Below, one piece after another: positions 1 through 10,409 of a stretch of DNA of 64,000 nt. Every line of letters begins with the position of its first letter. Position 1 is the stretch's first letter. A program made the translations under genes and the position numbers. The notes under the pieces are model-generated. The model was given only the letters and a program-made list of their open reading frames with translations. It was not told where the DNA came from and made no database searches. The stretch spans positions 1,632,001 to 1,696,000 of the forward strand of contig CBDCDS010000003.1 of NCBI GenBank assembly GCA_965215365.1, given 5' to 3'. Source of the stretch: Gammaproteobacteria bacterium (GTDB lineage: Bacteria > Pseudomonadota > Gammaproteobacteria > Eutrophobiales > Eutrophobiaceae).

Positions 1-1084
1 GCCAGCCCAGCGTCAGAAAACTAACCGTGAACGCAGCCAGCGCAGTCTTGTACTTCCAGCCGCGGTAACGTATCGACCTGACCGGGCTGCGATCCAGCCA
101 GGGTAGCAAGAAGAACAGCATGGTGGCGGCGCCCATGGCGACCACGCCGCCAAGCTGGCTCGGCACGGCCCGCAGGATGGCGTAGAACGGCGTGAAGTAC
201 CACACCGGTGCGATGTGTTCCGGTGTCTTCAGCGGGTCGGCGGGAATGAAGTTGTTGGCTTCGAGAAAATAACCGCCCATCTCTGGCTGGAAAAACACCA
301 CGGCGCAAAAGATGATGAGAAACACCACCACCCCGACAATATCCTTGACCGTGTAATAGGGGTGGAACTGGATACCATCCAGAGGCACGCCGTTGGCATC
401 CTTGTAGTCCTTGATCTCGATCCCGTCGGGGTTGTTCGAGCCGACTTCATGCAGGGCGATCAGGTGCGCGCCCACCAGTCCGCACAGCACCAGCGGGAAG
501 GCAATCACGTGCAGGGAGAAAAACCGGTTCAAGGTTACGTCCGACACCACGAAATCGCCCCGTATCCACAACGCCAGGTCATCGCCCACCAGCGGCAGCG
601 CGCCGAATAGCGAGATGATCACCTGCGCGCCCCAATAAGACATCTGCCCCCAGGGCAGCAGATAGCCGAAGAACGCCTCGGCCATCAGGGTCAGGTAGAT
701 GAGCATGCCGATGATCCACAGCAGTTCCCGCGGCCGCTTGTAGGAACCGTACAGCAAGGCCCGGTACATGTGCAGGTAGATGACGACAAAAAACGCCGAG
801 GCGCCGGTGGAGTGCATATAACGTATCCACCAGCCCCACTCCACATCGCGCATGATGTATTCGACCGAAGCGAAGGCAAGTTCCGCAGACGGCTTGTAGT
901 TCATGGTCAGCCAGATGCCGGTGACGATCTGCAGTACCAGCACCAGCAGGGCCAGCGAACCGAAGAAATACCAGAAGTTGAAATTTTTCGGGGCGTAGTA
1001 GCGCGCCAGATGGTCGTTCCAAAGCTGAGACAACGGGAAGCGCGCGTCCACCCAGTCACGCAATGCCGCCAGCCGTTTAATCAT
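1..1084 (-). CDS. petB: Cytochrome b of the bc1 complex (3' end runs off the window)
   Basis: Read by hand from ATG at 1084: MIKRLAALRDWVDARFPLSQLWNDHLARYYAPKNFNFWYFFGSL, later GWWIRYMHSTGAS, GYLLPWGQMSYWGAQVI and PEHIAPVWYFTPFYAILR. Directly downstream of the Rieske gene. Confidence 0.97.
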   Translation of the reverse strand, partial: MIKRLAALRDWVDARFPLSQLWNDHLARYYAPKNFNFWYFFGSLALLVLVLQIVTGIWLTMNYKPSAELAFASVEYIMRDVEWGWWIRYMHSTGASAFFVVIYLHMYRALLYGSYKRPRELLWIIGMLIYLTLMAEAFFGYLLPWGQMSYWGAQVIISLFGALPLVGDDLALWIRGDFVVSDVTLNRFFSLHVIAFPLVLCGLVGAHLIALHEVGSNNPDGIEIKDYKDANGVPLDGIQFHPYYTVKDIVGVVVFLIIFCAVVFFQPEMGGYFLEANNFIPADPLKTPEHIAPVWYFTPFYAILRAVPSQLGGVVAMGAATMLFFLLPWLDRSPVRSIRYRGWKYKTALAAFTVSFLTLGW

Positions 1085-1099
1085 GACGGCTAACCATGA

Positions 1100-1699
1100 C
1101 TACGCCAGCCCCGAATCATCGCCGATCAACACCCGGCTGTCGCTCAGGTACTGGTGCGGCGGCACCACCAGGTTGGACGGCGCTGGCATCCCCTTATACA
1201 CCCTGCCGGCCAGGTCAAAGCGGCTGCCGTGACAGGGGCAGAAGAAACCGCCCTGCCAGTCCGCGCCCAGGTTGTGAGCTTCGCCTTCGCCTTTTTTGGC
1301 GTACACGGGGGAACAGCCCAGGTGGGTGCAGATACCGAGCACGATCAGGTATTCGGGGCGCTGTGAACGGTATTCGTTGCGGGCGTAAGACGGTTGTTGT
1401 TCGCTGTCTGACGACGGATCCTTCACCACTTCGTCGAGGCTGACCAGCTCATCCACGGCGGCATCATCGCGCCTCAGTATCCACACCGGTTTGCCGCGCC
1501 ATTTGACTATTTTGCGCTCACCGACCGCCAAATCGCCAATGTCCACCTCAACCGGCGCGCCAATCGCCTTGGCCCTGGCGCTGGGCGTTAAGGTGGATAC
1601 AAACGGCACAGTGGCAGCCACCGCGCCAGCACCCCCCACAACCGAAGCCGTGGTAGTAAGAAAACGCCGCCGCTCGCTGTTAACACCATCATTCCTCAT
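1100..1699 (-). CDS. petA: Ubiquinol-cytochrome c reductase Rieske Fe-S subunit
   Basis: Tat-like ERRRFL N-terminus; Rieske motifs CTHLGC and CPCHGS. Confidence 0.98.
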   Translation of the reverse strand: MRNDGVNSERRRFLTTTASVVGGAGAVAATVPFVSTLTPSARAKAIGAPVEVDIGDLAVGERKIVKWRGKPVWILRRDDAAVDELVSLDEVVKDPSSDSEQQPSYARNEYRSQRPEYLIVLGICTHLGCSPVYAKKGEGEAHNLGADWQGGFFCPCHGSRFDLAGRVYKGMPAPSNLVVPPHQYLSDSRVLIGDDSGLA

Positions 1700-1772
1700 T
1701 GAGCAAGTCCCCGGAACCTCATGCGATAAAAAGGGATGAGTATATCAGGTCAGACAGGAATTGGAAACTTGA

Positions 1773-2906
1773 TGTCTAGGTTCAATACATATGAGACTCA
1801 GGGGGCAGGCTGTGTGAGTTGTTGATAATACTCCATTGGGGTTAATAAACCCATACCGTCATGCGGGCGGTAGGTATTGTAGTATTGCTGATACTCTGCC
1901 AGTTTGCGGTTGATGGCGGCCACGGTCAGTGGACCCTCGTAGAACGGATAGAACTCATAGCGGCTGGTGGCATTGGCGCGTTCTACACAGCCGTTGTATT
2001 CGGGTTTTTTCGGGGGCAGCACGTACAGGGGGATTCCTAAGTCCTGGCAAGCCTGCTCGAACTCATCTCGGAACTCCGAGCCGCCATCGACCTGGATAGA
2101 ACGGATGGGAAACGGCGCCTCACCGAGCAGCGCTTTTAAGAAGCGCCGGGCATTGCCACTGGTGGCCCGACTGTAGGCTCGCAGCGCACTCCATTTGCTC
2201 ACCGGACAGACGGCCTTGAACTCCTTCACCGTGATGCCGTCCGTGAAGCCCACACTCATGGGGTCTATCTGCATCAACTCCCCTGGCGCCTTAGCCTTCA
2301 TCCCGTAGCGCCAGCGCTTGGCATGATGGGTAAACGCCCGGCGGCGCTTAGGCTTCACCCGGCCATAGTAAAACGCCACCGGCTTGACCCGACCCAGCCG
2401 CACCCGCTTCGCCACGATGCGCCCGACCGTACTCTCGCTCAAAGTCCAGCCCTGCTCGCGCACCCCCACCCGCCAGAGCTTGCGCTTGCCCCATAACGGA
2501 TAACGTTGGCGAAGGTGCAAGACCTGCTGCTCGTGCTGGCGCGTCCATTGCGGCACACGCCGCCGCCGCGGCGCACGAGAGCCACACCCCAGACCCTTCA
2601 GCCCATGTTCACGATACCGCTTCAACCAACGGTAGTAGGTCGCCCTCGACCAACCTACTGCTGCCAGTGCCGTCGCCTCACCACACCCATCCTCGCGTAA
2701 CGTCGCAACTAATTCCAACTGCTTCAAACGACCGCGCGCGTCAGCATCGGTAGTATCATCGACGCGCCAACTGCGATATGATTTCACCCGCTTACCTTTT
2801 GATCTGCATCGGGTAGTCCTCCTGTGTAAGTTAATCGAAATCACTTTACACACAGACTACCCGATTTCTTTATCTAAAGAGTCTCACTTGTTTCTGAACC
2901 TGGACA
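1773..2906 (-). mobile_element. Intact IS481-family insertion sequence
   Basis: Imperfect TIRs TGTCTAGGTTCAATACATATGAGACTC (from 1773) and TGTCCAGGTTCAGAAACAAGTGAGACTC (reverse complement, ending 2906). 5-bp target duplication CTTGA at 1768-1772 and 2907-2911. One transposase ORF whose stop lies in the TIR. Confidence 0.92.
1798..2853 (-). CDS. IS481-family DDE transposase (HTH + integrase core)
   Basis: GWSRATYYRWLKRY HTH; PGELMQID, IQVDGGSEF, PEYNGCVERAN and YNTYRPH motifs. Confidence 0.93.
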   Translation of the reverse strand: MCKVISINLHRRTTRCRSKGKRVKSYRSWRVDDTTDADARGRLKQLELVATLREDGCGEATALAAVGWSRATYYRWLKRYREHGLKGLGCGSRAPRRRRVPQWTRQHEQQVLHLRQRYPLWGKRKLWRVGVREQGWTLSESTVGRIVAKRVRLGRVKPVAFYYGRVKPKRRRAFTHHAKRWRYGMKAKAPGELMQIDPMSVGFTDGITVKEFKAVCPVSKWSALRAYSRATSGNARRFLKALLGEAPFPIRSIQVDGGSEFRDEFEQACQDLGIPLYVLPPKKPEYNGCVERANATSRYEFYPFYEGPLTVAAINRKLAEYQQYYNTYRPHDGMGLLTPMEYYQQLTQPAP

Positions 2907-2907
2907 C

Positions 2908-2936
2908 TTGACGCTGACTTGCTGACAGGTTATAAA
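2908..2936 (+). promoter_or_regulatory. Sigma70-type promoter for the ATPase-bamD unit
   Basis: TTGACG (2908-2913), 17-bp spacer, TATAAA (2931-2936). The -35 overlaps the IS target duplication. Confidence 0.65.
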
Positions 2937-2993
2937 ACCAGACAGGTCAACTGTGCGGTAAAGTAAAGTGGCCTGTCAACCATTGTCAATAAC

Positions 2994-3028
2994 TTAAAGG
3001 AACCTCTAATTTTTAGAGGCGCCTTTAA
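2994..3028. repeat. Repeat family A, minimal hairpin
   Basis: TTAAAGGAACCTCTAATTTTTAGAGGCGCCTTTAA, a palindrome matching the first hairpin of the copies at 25562, 26711, 43330 and 45170. Confidence 0.75.
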
Positions 3029-3089
3029 CTCGCATAATCGGACCGGATCATGTGCTGTGAGTGAGAGTGAGTGAGTTGCTTTAACGAGG

Positions 3090-4292
3090 TTGTCTGGCTA
3101 TGATACATCATCATACGGTTGCTCGGACAACAGGATCATGATCTCCAAAGACGCTATCAACCCGTTTCAACCGGGCGCCGGTATGATTCCGCCGGTATTC
3201 CCTGGTCGTGAGCATGAACAGGACCAATTCAGGCAATACGTCAAGCGTCTCAAACACGCGGTTTCGCCTTCTCGCGATATTGTTATTTGCGCACCGCGCG
3301 GGAACGGTAAAACCACCTTGCTCAACTGGTTGACCAAAAAAATCAGGGATGAAGAAAAAGACAACATCCAGGTCATCAAAACAACGCCGGACAAAATCAA
3401 AACACCAGCCAGCTTGTTGAACAGGATTGCCTTGCCCGGCTGGATTGAACGGCTTGAAGCCAAAACCGGCCTGTCTTTCAAAATCGATATTTCCGGCTTG
3501 CAGGTTCAAGCCAATACCCAAGCCGGACGAGGCCACGAGGCAACATCGGAATATCTTACAGAAGAACTGGTCCGGCGTTGCCGCAATAAACCCGCGCTCC
3601 TGATCATAGACGAAGCGCATAACCTGGAACCTGGTATCGGTCAGGAACTCCTCACCTCAAGCCAGGATACAAAACAGGAAGCGCCTTTTCAGCTGATACT
3701 GGCCGGCACGCCAGGACTGCGTAGTCACCTGAACACGATGAGCGCTACCTTCTGGGAGCGAAACGACATCATGCAACCGGGTTTATTGTCGTTTGAGGAT
3801 ACCTGTAAAGCCATCGCCGGGCCGCTTGCAGCGTACCAGGTCACTTTCGATGACAATATTCTGAAAACTATTGCCGATGACAGCCAAGGCTACCCGTATT
3901 TTACCCAACTGTGGGGGGAGAAATTGTTCAATACCCTGCAAAAAGCGCAATCTGACCACGTTGATAAGTCCATAGCGAATCACGCAGGGGACGAGATTGA
4001 ACATGAACGTCAATTCTTCTACCAAGGCCGCTATGACCGGTTAAAAACCAATAATTTAATCTCCGCTGCGGAGCGGATTGCGGAACACTTCGGACCTCTG
4101 TCCGTGCTGCACGAGGACAAGGTCGAAAAGATCCTCAGCGCAATTGAACTCAGCGCCGGCCAGACCGCTGAAACGGTCAAAAACGAACTGCTAAACGAGG
4201 GGTATATCTGGCGGGCTAACCCGACCGAGCAGCGCCAGTTTCACCCCGGGATACCATCACTGATGGCATTTATTAAAGGTACTGGAATATGA
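3090..4292 (+). CDS. AAA_16-like P-loop ATPase with C-terminal helical/winged-helix region (probable start 3138)
   Basis: NPFQPGAGMIPPVFPGRE N-terminus, Walker A APRGNGKTT, Walker B LIIDEAH, LILAGTP, SQGYPYFTQLWG and C-terminal PGIPSL. Homologous to 41181..42458. Confidence 0.88.
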   Translation: MSGYDTSSYGCSDNRIMISKDAINPFQPGAGMIPPVFPGREHEQDQFRQYVKRLKHAVSPSRDIVICAPRGNGKTTLLNWLTKKIRDEEKDNIQVIKTTPDKIKTPASLLNRIALPGWIERLEAKTGLSFKIDISGLQVQANTQAGRGHEATSEYLTEELVRRCRNKPALLIIDEAHNLEPGIGQELLTSSQDTKQEAPFQLILAGTPGLRSHLNTMSATFWERNDIMQPGLLSFEDTCKAIAGPLAAYQVTFDDNILKTIADDSQGYPYFTQLWGEKLFNTLQKAQSDHVDKSIANHAGDEIEHERQFFYQGRYDRLKTNNLISAAERIAEHFGPLSVLHEDKVEKILSAIELSAGQTAETVKNELLNEGYIWRANPTEQRQFHPGIPSLMAFIKGTGI

Positions 4293-5098
4293 TTGTCAGC
4301 GATTATTATATGGGAACCTCTAAAAACGCGCTCTGCTGTATTTTCGCAGCCGCCCTGCTGCTGGGCGGTTGCGCCTGGTTTGGCGACAAGGACGATGAGG
4401 CCAGTAACTGGACGGTGGAACGTCTTTACTCCGAGGCCAAAGGCGCATTGGATTCGGGTTATTACAGCAAGGCGGTGGAATATTACGAATTTCTGGAAAC
4501 CCGTTTTCCGTTCGGGGTTTATGGGCAGCAATCGCTGCTGGACTTGGCTTATGCCTACTACAAGACCGAAGAATTTGATTCGGCCATGTCCGCCTGTGAC
4601 CGTTTCATTCGTCTGTATCCCCAGAACATCCACATTGACTATGCCTATTACCTGAAAGGGGTGGTCAACTTCAACCGCGGCAAAGGCCTGACGGAACGGT
4701 TCCTCCCCATCGATTCCAGCCAGCGCGACCAGAGCTCGGCCATGACCTCGTTTCAGGCTTTCGCCGAGCTCCTGGAAAGATACCCGCAGAGCCGGTACGC
4801 CGAAGACACAAAAAAACGCATGGTGTTCCTGCGCAACCGTCTGGCCCGGCATGAAATGCACATTGCCGACTACTACATGAAACGCGGCGCCTATCTGGCA
4901 GCCATCAACCGCGCCAGGAGCGTGGTGGAATCCTACTCACGCACCCCCTCAGTCGCCGACGCCCTGGTACTCATGGCCAAGGCCTACAAGGTCATGGAAA
5001 TGTCCGATCTCTCCGCCGGCGCCCTGCGCGTGCTGGAACTGAACTACCCCAACCACCATGGTATCTACGAGGTCAGGGATATTGTGGTTGAGGATTAG
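4289..5098 (+). CDS. bamD: Outer membrane protein assembly factor BamD
   Basis: Lipobox LLGGC; motifs LYSEAK, RFPFG, FIRLYP, IDYAYYLKG, LRNRLARHE and RGAYLAAINRA. Confidence 0.96.
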   Translation: MIVSDYYMGTSKNALCCIFAAALLLGGCAWFGDKDDEASNWTVERLYSEAKGALDSGYYSKAVEYYEFLETRFPFGVYGQQSLLDLAYAYYKTEEFDSAMSACDRFIRLYPQNIHIDYAYYLKGVVNFNRGKGLTERFLPIDSSQRDQSSAMTSFQAFAELLERYPQSRYAEDTKKRMVFLRNRLARHEMHIADYYMKRGAYLAAINRARSVVESYSRTPSVADALVLMAKAYKVMEMSDLSAGALRVLELNYPNHHGIYEVRDIVVED

Positions 5099-5126
5099 CC
5101 CGTAGACCGCACAGACGGGGATTGAC

Positions 5127-5330
5127 ATGAAAACCATGGCGGCAAGCGAATTCAAAGCAAGGTGTTCGCGTGTAATCAAGCAAATGGAAATGGATCGCGA
5201 GCCGATGACCATCGTCAGCTTTACTTATGCCACTCCTTGATGAAGCAGAGCATGATCTTTTTGAACGAAGCCCTGACAAGGGAAGAACTGTTGATTTGTA
5301 ATGCACCTGTTGGACACTTCGGTCGTTATG
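5127..5330 (+). pseudogene. Collapsed Phd/VapB antitoxin - VapC (PIN) toxin relic
   Basis: 5127-5240 reads MKTMAASEFKARCSRVIKQMEMDREPMTIV (Phd/YefM N-terminus). Another frame gives ...ERSPDKGRTVDL*, overlapping (TAATG) with MHLLDTSVV, a PIN-domain start that then degenerates. Confidence 0.65.
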
Positions 5331-5376
5331 ATAATGTGTCGACACCTCTGGTTTTTGCTGTCGTGGCAGCAGCGAA

Positions 5377-6999
5377 CTACCGCTCGCGGTAACGTGAAGT
5401 AATCGGGTAACGGCGGTCGCGGCCGAAGGCGCGTTCGGTAATTCTGACGCCGGGGGCGGCCTGGCGGCGTTTGTATTCGTTTTTGTCCACCAGTGCGGCT
5501 ATCCGGTGGACTGTATCCCGGTCGTAACCTGCGGCGATAATCTCGTCCGGGGTGCGGTCAAGTTCTATGTATTGTTCCAGTATCGGGTCCAGTATCTCGT
5601 AGTCGGGTAGTGAATCCGCGTCTTTCTGGTCGAAGCGCAGTTCTGCCGTGGGTGGGCGGTCGATAATGCGCGGCGGGATGACTTCCCCGTTGCGGTTGCG
5701 CCAGCGGGATAGTGCGTACACCAGTGTCTTGGGCACATCCTTGAGCGGCGCGAAGCCGCCGGCCATGTCGCCGTACAGGGTGGCGTAACCTACCGCCAGC
5801 TCGCTCTTGTTGCCGGTGGTCAATACCAGTTTTCCGGTCTTGTTGGAAACGGCCATGAGCAACAGACCGCGGCAGCGCGCCTGGATGTTCTCTTCGGTCG
5901 TATCTGCGGGCAGATTCTCAAACACGGGCGCCAGAATTTCCGCAAAAGCCGTGAACGGTTGCTCAATACTGACGATGTGGCAGGCAACGCCCAGCCGTCC
6001 GGCCAAGTCCTGTGCGTCTTCGATGCTCATGTCTGCGGTATAGCGTGACGGCATCAGCAGCACGGCCACGTTCGCCGCGCCCAGGGCATCCACGGCAATG
6101 GCCAGAGTCAGCGCCGAGTCGATGCCGCCGGACAGGCCGATCACCGCGCCCTTGAAGCCGTTTTTCGCTACATAATCCTTAACGCCCAGTGTCAACGCCC
6201 GGTACACGCTGTCATTGAAGTCCGGCCGCTGCGCTGGCGGCGCTGCAGCCGTCAACTTCAGCTGCCCGGCTTCCCGCTCCAGCTCCACCAGATACAACCC
6301 CTGCTCGAACTGTGGCGCCTTGAGTACTAATTCCCCGCGGGCATCGACTACCAGCGAACCACCGTCGAACACCAGCTCATCTTGGCCGCCGACCAGATTG
6401 ACGTAAATAATGGCAAGACCGCAGTCGCGGGCGCGGCGGCGCAGCAGCTCCTCGCGCACCGCAGCCTTGTCGGTGTGGTAAGGCGAGGCGTTGATATTGA
6501 TCAGCAGTTCCGCCCCGGCCTGCGCCGCCTCCCGGGCGTGGTGTTCGGTCCACAGGTCTTCGCATACGCTCAACGCGACTTTGCCGTGCGGGGTTGTCAG
6601 CAGGTTCAACGCCGTGCCCTCGGTAAAATAGCGTTTTTCGTCGAACACCCCGTAGTTGGGCAGGTTGCGCTTATGGTAGGTGGTGGTAATTGCCCGGTCC
6701 CGGAGCAGGCCGCAGGCGTTATACAGCCTGGCGCCAAGCGGTTGCGGATAGCCGAGGATGACGTCGATACCGCGCGCCGCGTCGGTCACGCGCTGCAAGG
6801 CTCGTTCCACCTGTACATGGAAATGCGGGCGCAATAACAGGTCTTCCGGCGGATAACCGGTCACGGCGAGTTCCGGGAAAATGACGGTATCGGCGCCGGC
6901 AACGTCCCTGGCCTCGGCGATATACTTCACGAGCAGCGCCGCATTATCTGCCATGGCGCCGACACAGGGGTCAACCTGGGCGATAGCGATCCGGTTCAT
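5377..6999 (-). CDS. nadE: Glutamine-dependent NAD+ synthetase
   Basis: Nitrilase domain (FPELAVTGYPPEDL, YGVFDEKRYF, CEDLW) plus synthetase domain (GLSGGIDSA, ENIQAR, TGNKSE). True start is MNRIAIAQ at 6999; the ORF-track extension to 7128 is MITE sequence. Confidence 0.96.
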   Translation of the reverse strand: MNRIAIAQVDPCVGAMADNAALLVKYIAEARDVAGADTVIFPELAVTGYPPEDLLLRPHFHVQVERALQRVTDAARGIDVILGYPQPLGARLYNACGLLRDRAITTTYHKRNLPNYGVFDEKRYFTEGTALNLLTTPHGKVALSVCEDLWTEHHAREAAQAGAELLININASPYHTDKAAVREELLRRRARDCGLAIIYVNLVGGQDELVFDGGSLVVDARGELVLKAPQFEQGLYLVELEREAGQLKLTAAAPPAQRPDFNDSVYRALTLGVKDYVAKNGFKGAVIGLSGGIDSALTLAIAVDALGAANVAVLLMPSRYTADMSIEDAQDLAGRLGVACHIVSIEQPFTAFAEILAPVFENLPADTTEENIQARCRGLLLMAVSNKTGKLVLTTGNKSELAVGYATLYGDMAGGFAPLKDVPKTLVYALSRWRNRNGEVIPPRIIDRPPTAELRFDQKDADSLPDYEILDPILEQYIELDRTPDEIIAAGYDRDTVHRIAALVDKNEYKRRQAAPGVRITERAFGRDRRYPITSRYRER

Positions 7000-7197
7000 T
7001 AGCCCGCATATCTCACCGGGTGATGCGAAGATCGCGCCGGATTGGTTCTGCCTGCGGGTGCCTGCGACGATGAGCATAGTGGTTCTCTGGTTGAGGAAGC
7101 ACGTGCCCGCAGGCAGAACCAAGACCAACGAGGGCGCATCAAGCGCAGTGTGTCAGGTGGAAAGAGCAGCAGTATTACCATCACTTATTGAGAGCAA

Positions 7198-8117
<920 letters not shown>

Positions 8118-8118
<1 letters not shown>

Positions 8119-9287
8119 CAGTTCTCTCCCCGGCTCACTGCCACAACCTTGTCCGCCGCATCACTCAGGCCGTCTGCGGAAATAATCTTCAAGCCGCTGT
8201 CGTTGAGCAGGGCCTGGCCTTCTGCGACCCGCGTGCCTTCCAGCCGCACCACCACCGGCAGCGTCAGGCCGGTTTCCCGCACGGCATTGATGATGCCCTG
8301 GGCGATCAGGTCGCAGCGCACGATGCCACCGAAAATATTCACCAGGATCGCCTTGACCCGGGTGTCGGACATGATCAGTTTGAATGCTTCGGCCACGCGT
8401 TCTGTGGTGGCACCGCCGCCCACATCCAGAAAATTCGCCGGCTCCCCACCATGCAGCTTGATGATGTCCATAGTGGCCATGGCCAGACCGGCGCCGTTCA
8501 CCATGCAGGCGATATCGCCGTCCAGTGCCACGTAATTCAGGTCGAACACCTTGGCCTTGTTCTCCTTTTCATCTTCCTGGCTGGGGTCGCGCCAGCTTTC
8601 CAGTTCCTGTTGGCGGTACAAGGCATTGTCATCGACGGCCACCTTGGCGTCCAGGGCCTCCAGGTCGCCGGCGGCGGTGATGATCAGCGGGTTTATTTCA
8701 ATCAGGCTGAGGTCCTTGTCCACAAACAAGCAGTACAGGCCCGCCAGCATTGCCGCCAGTTGCTTGCTCTGGGCCGCGTTCAACCCCAGGGCTGTGCCCA
8801 GCGCCCGGCATTGATACCGCTGCAAGCCCATTACCGGGTCGATGGCAAACGTGCAGATTTTTTCCGGCTCGGTGGCCGCCACTTCTTCAATGTCCACGCC
8901 ACCGGCGGCTGAAGCCATCACCGCCACCCGGCGCTGGCTGCGGTCCACCAGTAGCCCCAGGTAAAGTTCAGCAGCGATGTCCGATGGTGGCGATACCAGC
9001 ACGCAGTACACCGGCTTGCCCTCGGCGCCGGACTGTTTCGTGACCAGCACGCTCCCCAGCAGGTTTTGTGTATAATCTTCCAATTCGGCCTTACCGCGCA
9101 CCAGCCGCACGCCACCGGCCTTGCCGCGCCCGCCGGCATGGATTTGGGCCTTGACCACCCAGCTGTCACCGCCCAGCTGCGCCGCAGCTGCCAGTGCCTC
9201 GTCAACGGAATGGGCAGGTTTGCCCGCAGGCACGGGAATGCCATACTCTGCAAACAGATTTTTTGCCTGATACTCATGCAGGTTCAT
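8118..9287 (-). CDS. sucC: Succinyl-CoA synthetase beta subunit
   Basis: [36 protein letters not shown] and [10 protein letters not shown]. Confidence 0.98.
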
Positions 9288-9348
9288 TTCCTGAATACTC
9301 CTGGTAGGGTATGATTGATACCATGTGTAAAGTTGGGGTTGTCAAGCG

Positions 9349-9579
9349 TTGCTACGCCTGTTGATTATTATCCTGTCGCTGGTATTGCTGGTCGCCTTGC
9401 TCAAGCGGTTGTGCTTCAAGAAACTGCCCGGGCCGGACGAAAAATATATCGCGAAAATGGTCCAATGCGATTACTGTCAGACTTACGTCCCGCATCACTC
9501 TGCGATCAAACACGCTGCGCGCTACTACTGTTGTGAGGAGCATAAGAGCGCGTCCGCATCCAAAGGCGAGTCAGTCTAG
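9349..9579 (+). CDS. Small membrane-anchored Cys/His protein (PP0621-like)
   Basis: N-terminal TM helix then MVQCDYCQTYVP...YYCCEEH zinc-ribbon-like motif. Confidence 0.75.
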   Translation: MLRLLIIILSLVLLVALLKRLCFKKLPGPDEKYIAKMVQCDYCQTYVPHHSAIKHAARYYCCEEHKSASASKGESV

Positions 9580-10355
9580 CACTGCTTTCGTATAATCTCC
9601 AGCAAGCAGTCATGCAGCGTCGGGTTGCCGGCAACCACATTGCTCGAACTTTTCCAAGGTTCGCCGGTATCTAGGTCACTGAGGTAGCCGCCGGCTTCCC
9701 GGATGAGCAGGGCGCCGGCGGCAATGTCCCAGAGTTCCAGGCCGTATTCCCAGAAACCATCTAGGCGTCCGGCGGCGACATAAGCCAGGTCCAGTGCCGC
9801 CGCGCCGGGGCGTCTGATGCCGGCGGTCACCTGGGTCAATTCCTTGAAGATGCCAATGTAGTGGTCCATTTTATCTAGGCTCCGAAAGGGAAAGCCGGTG
9901 CCGATGAGCGCGCCGTCCAGGGTGTCTCTGCGAGTCACACGAATGCGGCGACCGTCTAGGTGCGCGCCGTCACCCCGGCTGGCGGTGAACAGCTCCTGGC
10001 GCAACGGGTCGTAAACAATGCCCTGATCGAGCACGCCTTTGTGTTCCAGTGCCAGCGACACCGCAAACTGCGGAAAGCCGTGCAGATAATTCGTGGTGCC
10101 GTCCAGCGGGTCGATGATCCAGCGATACTCGCTGTCCCCCTGCGCGCCGCTCTCTTCGGCTAAAATGGCGTGGCTGGGATAGGCCTTGTGCAGCACCTCG
10201 ATGATGATAGCCTCGGCGCGCCGGTCCACCTCACTGACAAAGTCATTGCGGCTCTTCGTGATAACCTCAATGCCGTGCATGCGTTCCATGCAACGGACGA
10301 TATAATCACCGGCGGCACGTACCGCGCGGATACCCATGTTCAACATCGGGTGCAT
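9576..10355 (-). CDS. suhB: Inositol monophosphatase family protein SuhB
   Basis: MHPMLN start, WIIDPLDGTTNYLHG and WDIAAG; divergent from trmJ as in other Gammaproteobacteria. Confidence 0.96.
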   Translation of the reverse strand: MHPMLNMGIRAVRAAGDYIVRCMERMHGIEVITKSRNDFVSEVDRRAEAIIIEVLHKAYPSHAILAEESGAQGDSEYRWIIDPLDGTTNYLHGFPQFAVSLALEHKGVLDQGIVYDPLRQELFTASRGDGAHLDGRRIRVTRRDTLDGALIGTGFPFRSLDKMDHYIGIFKELTQVTAGIRRPGAAALDLAYVAAGRLDGFWEYGLELWDIAAGALLIREAGGYLSDLDTGEPWKSSSNVVAGNPTLHDCLLEIIRKQC

Positions 10356-10409
10356 AGTTTGCTCCAGTAATTAGGAAGGGGCCATTGTAACGGGTTTACA
10401 ATAACGCTG

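Noticed and set aside
7000-7128. ORF-track N-terminal extensions of nadE (to 7128) and the MFP (to 15695)
   Set aside because: They translate MITE-B or neighbouring-gene sequence; family-typical starts are at 6999 and 15590.
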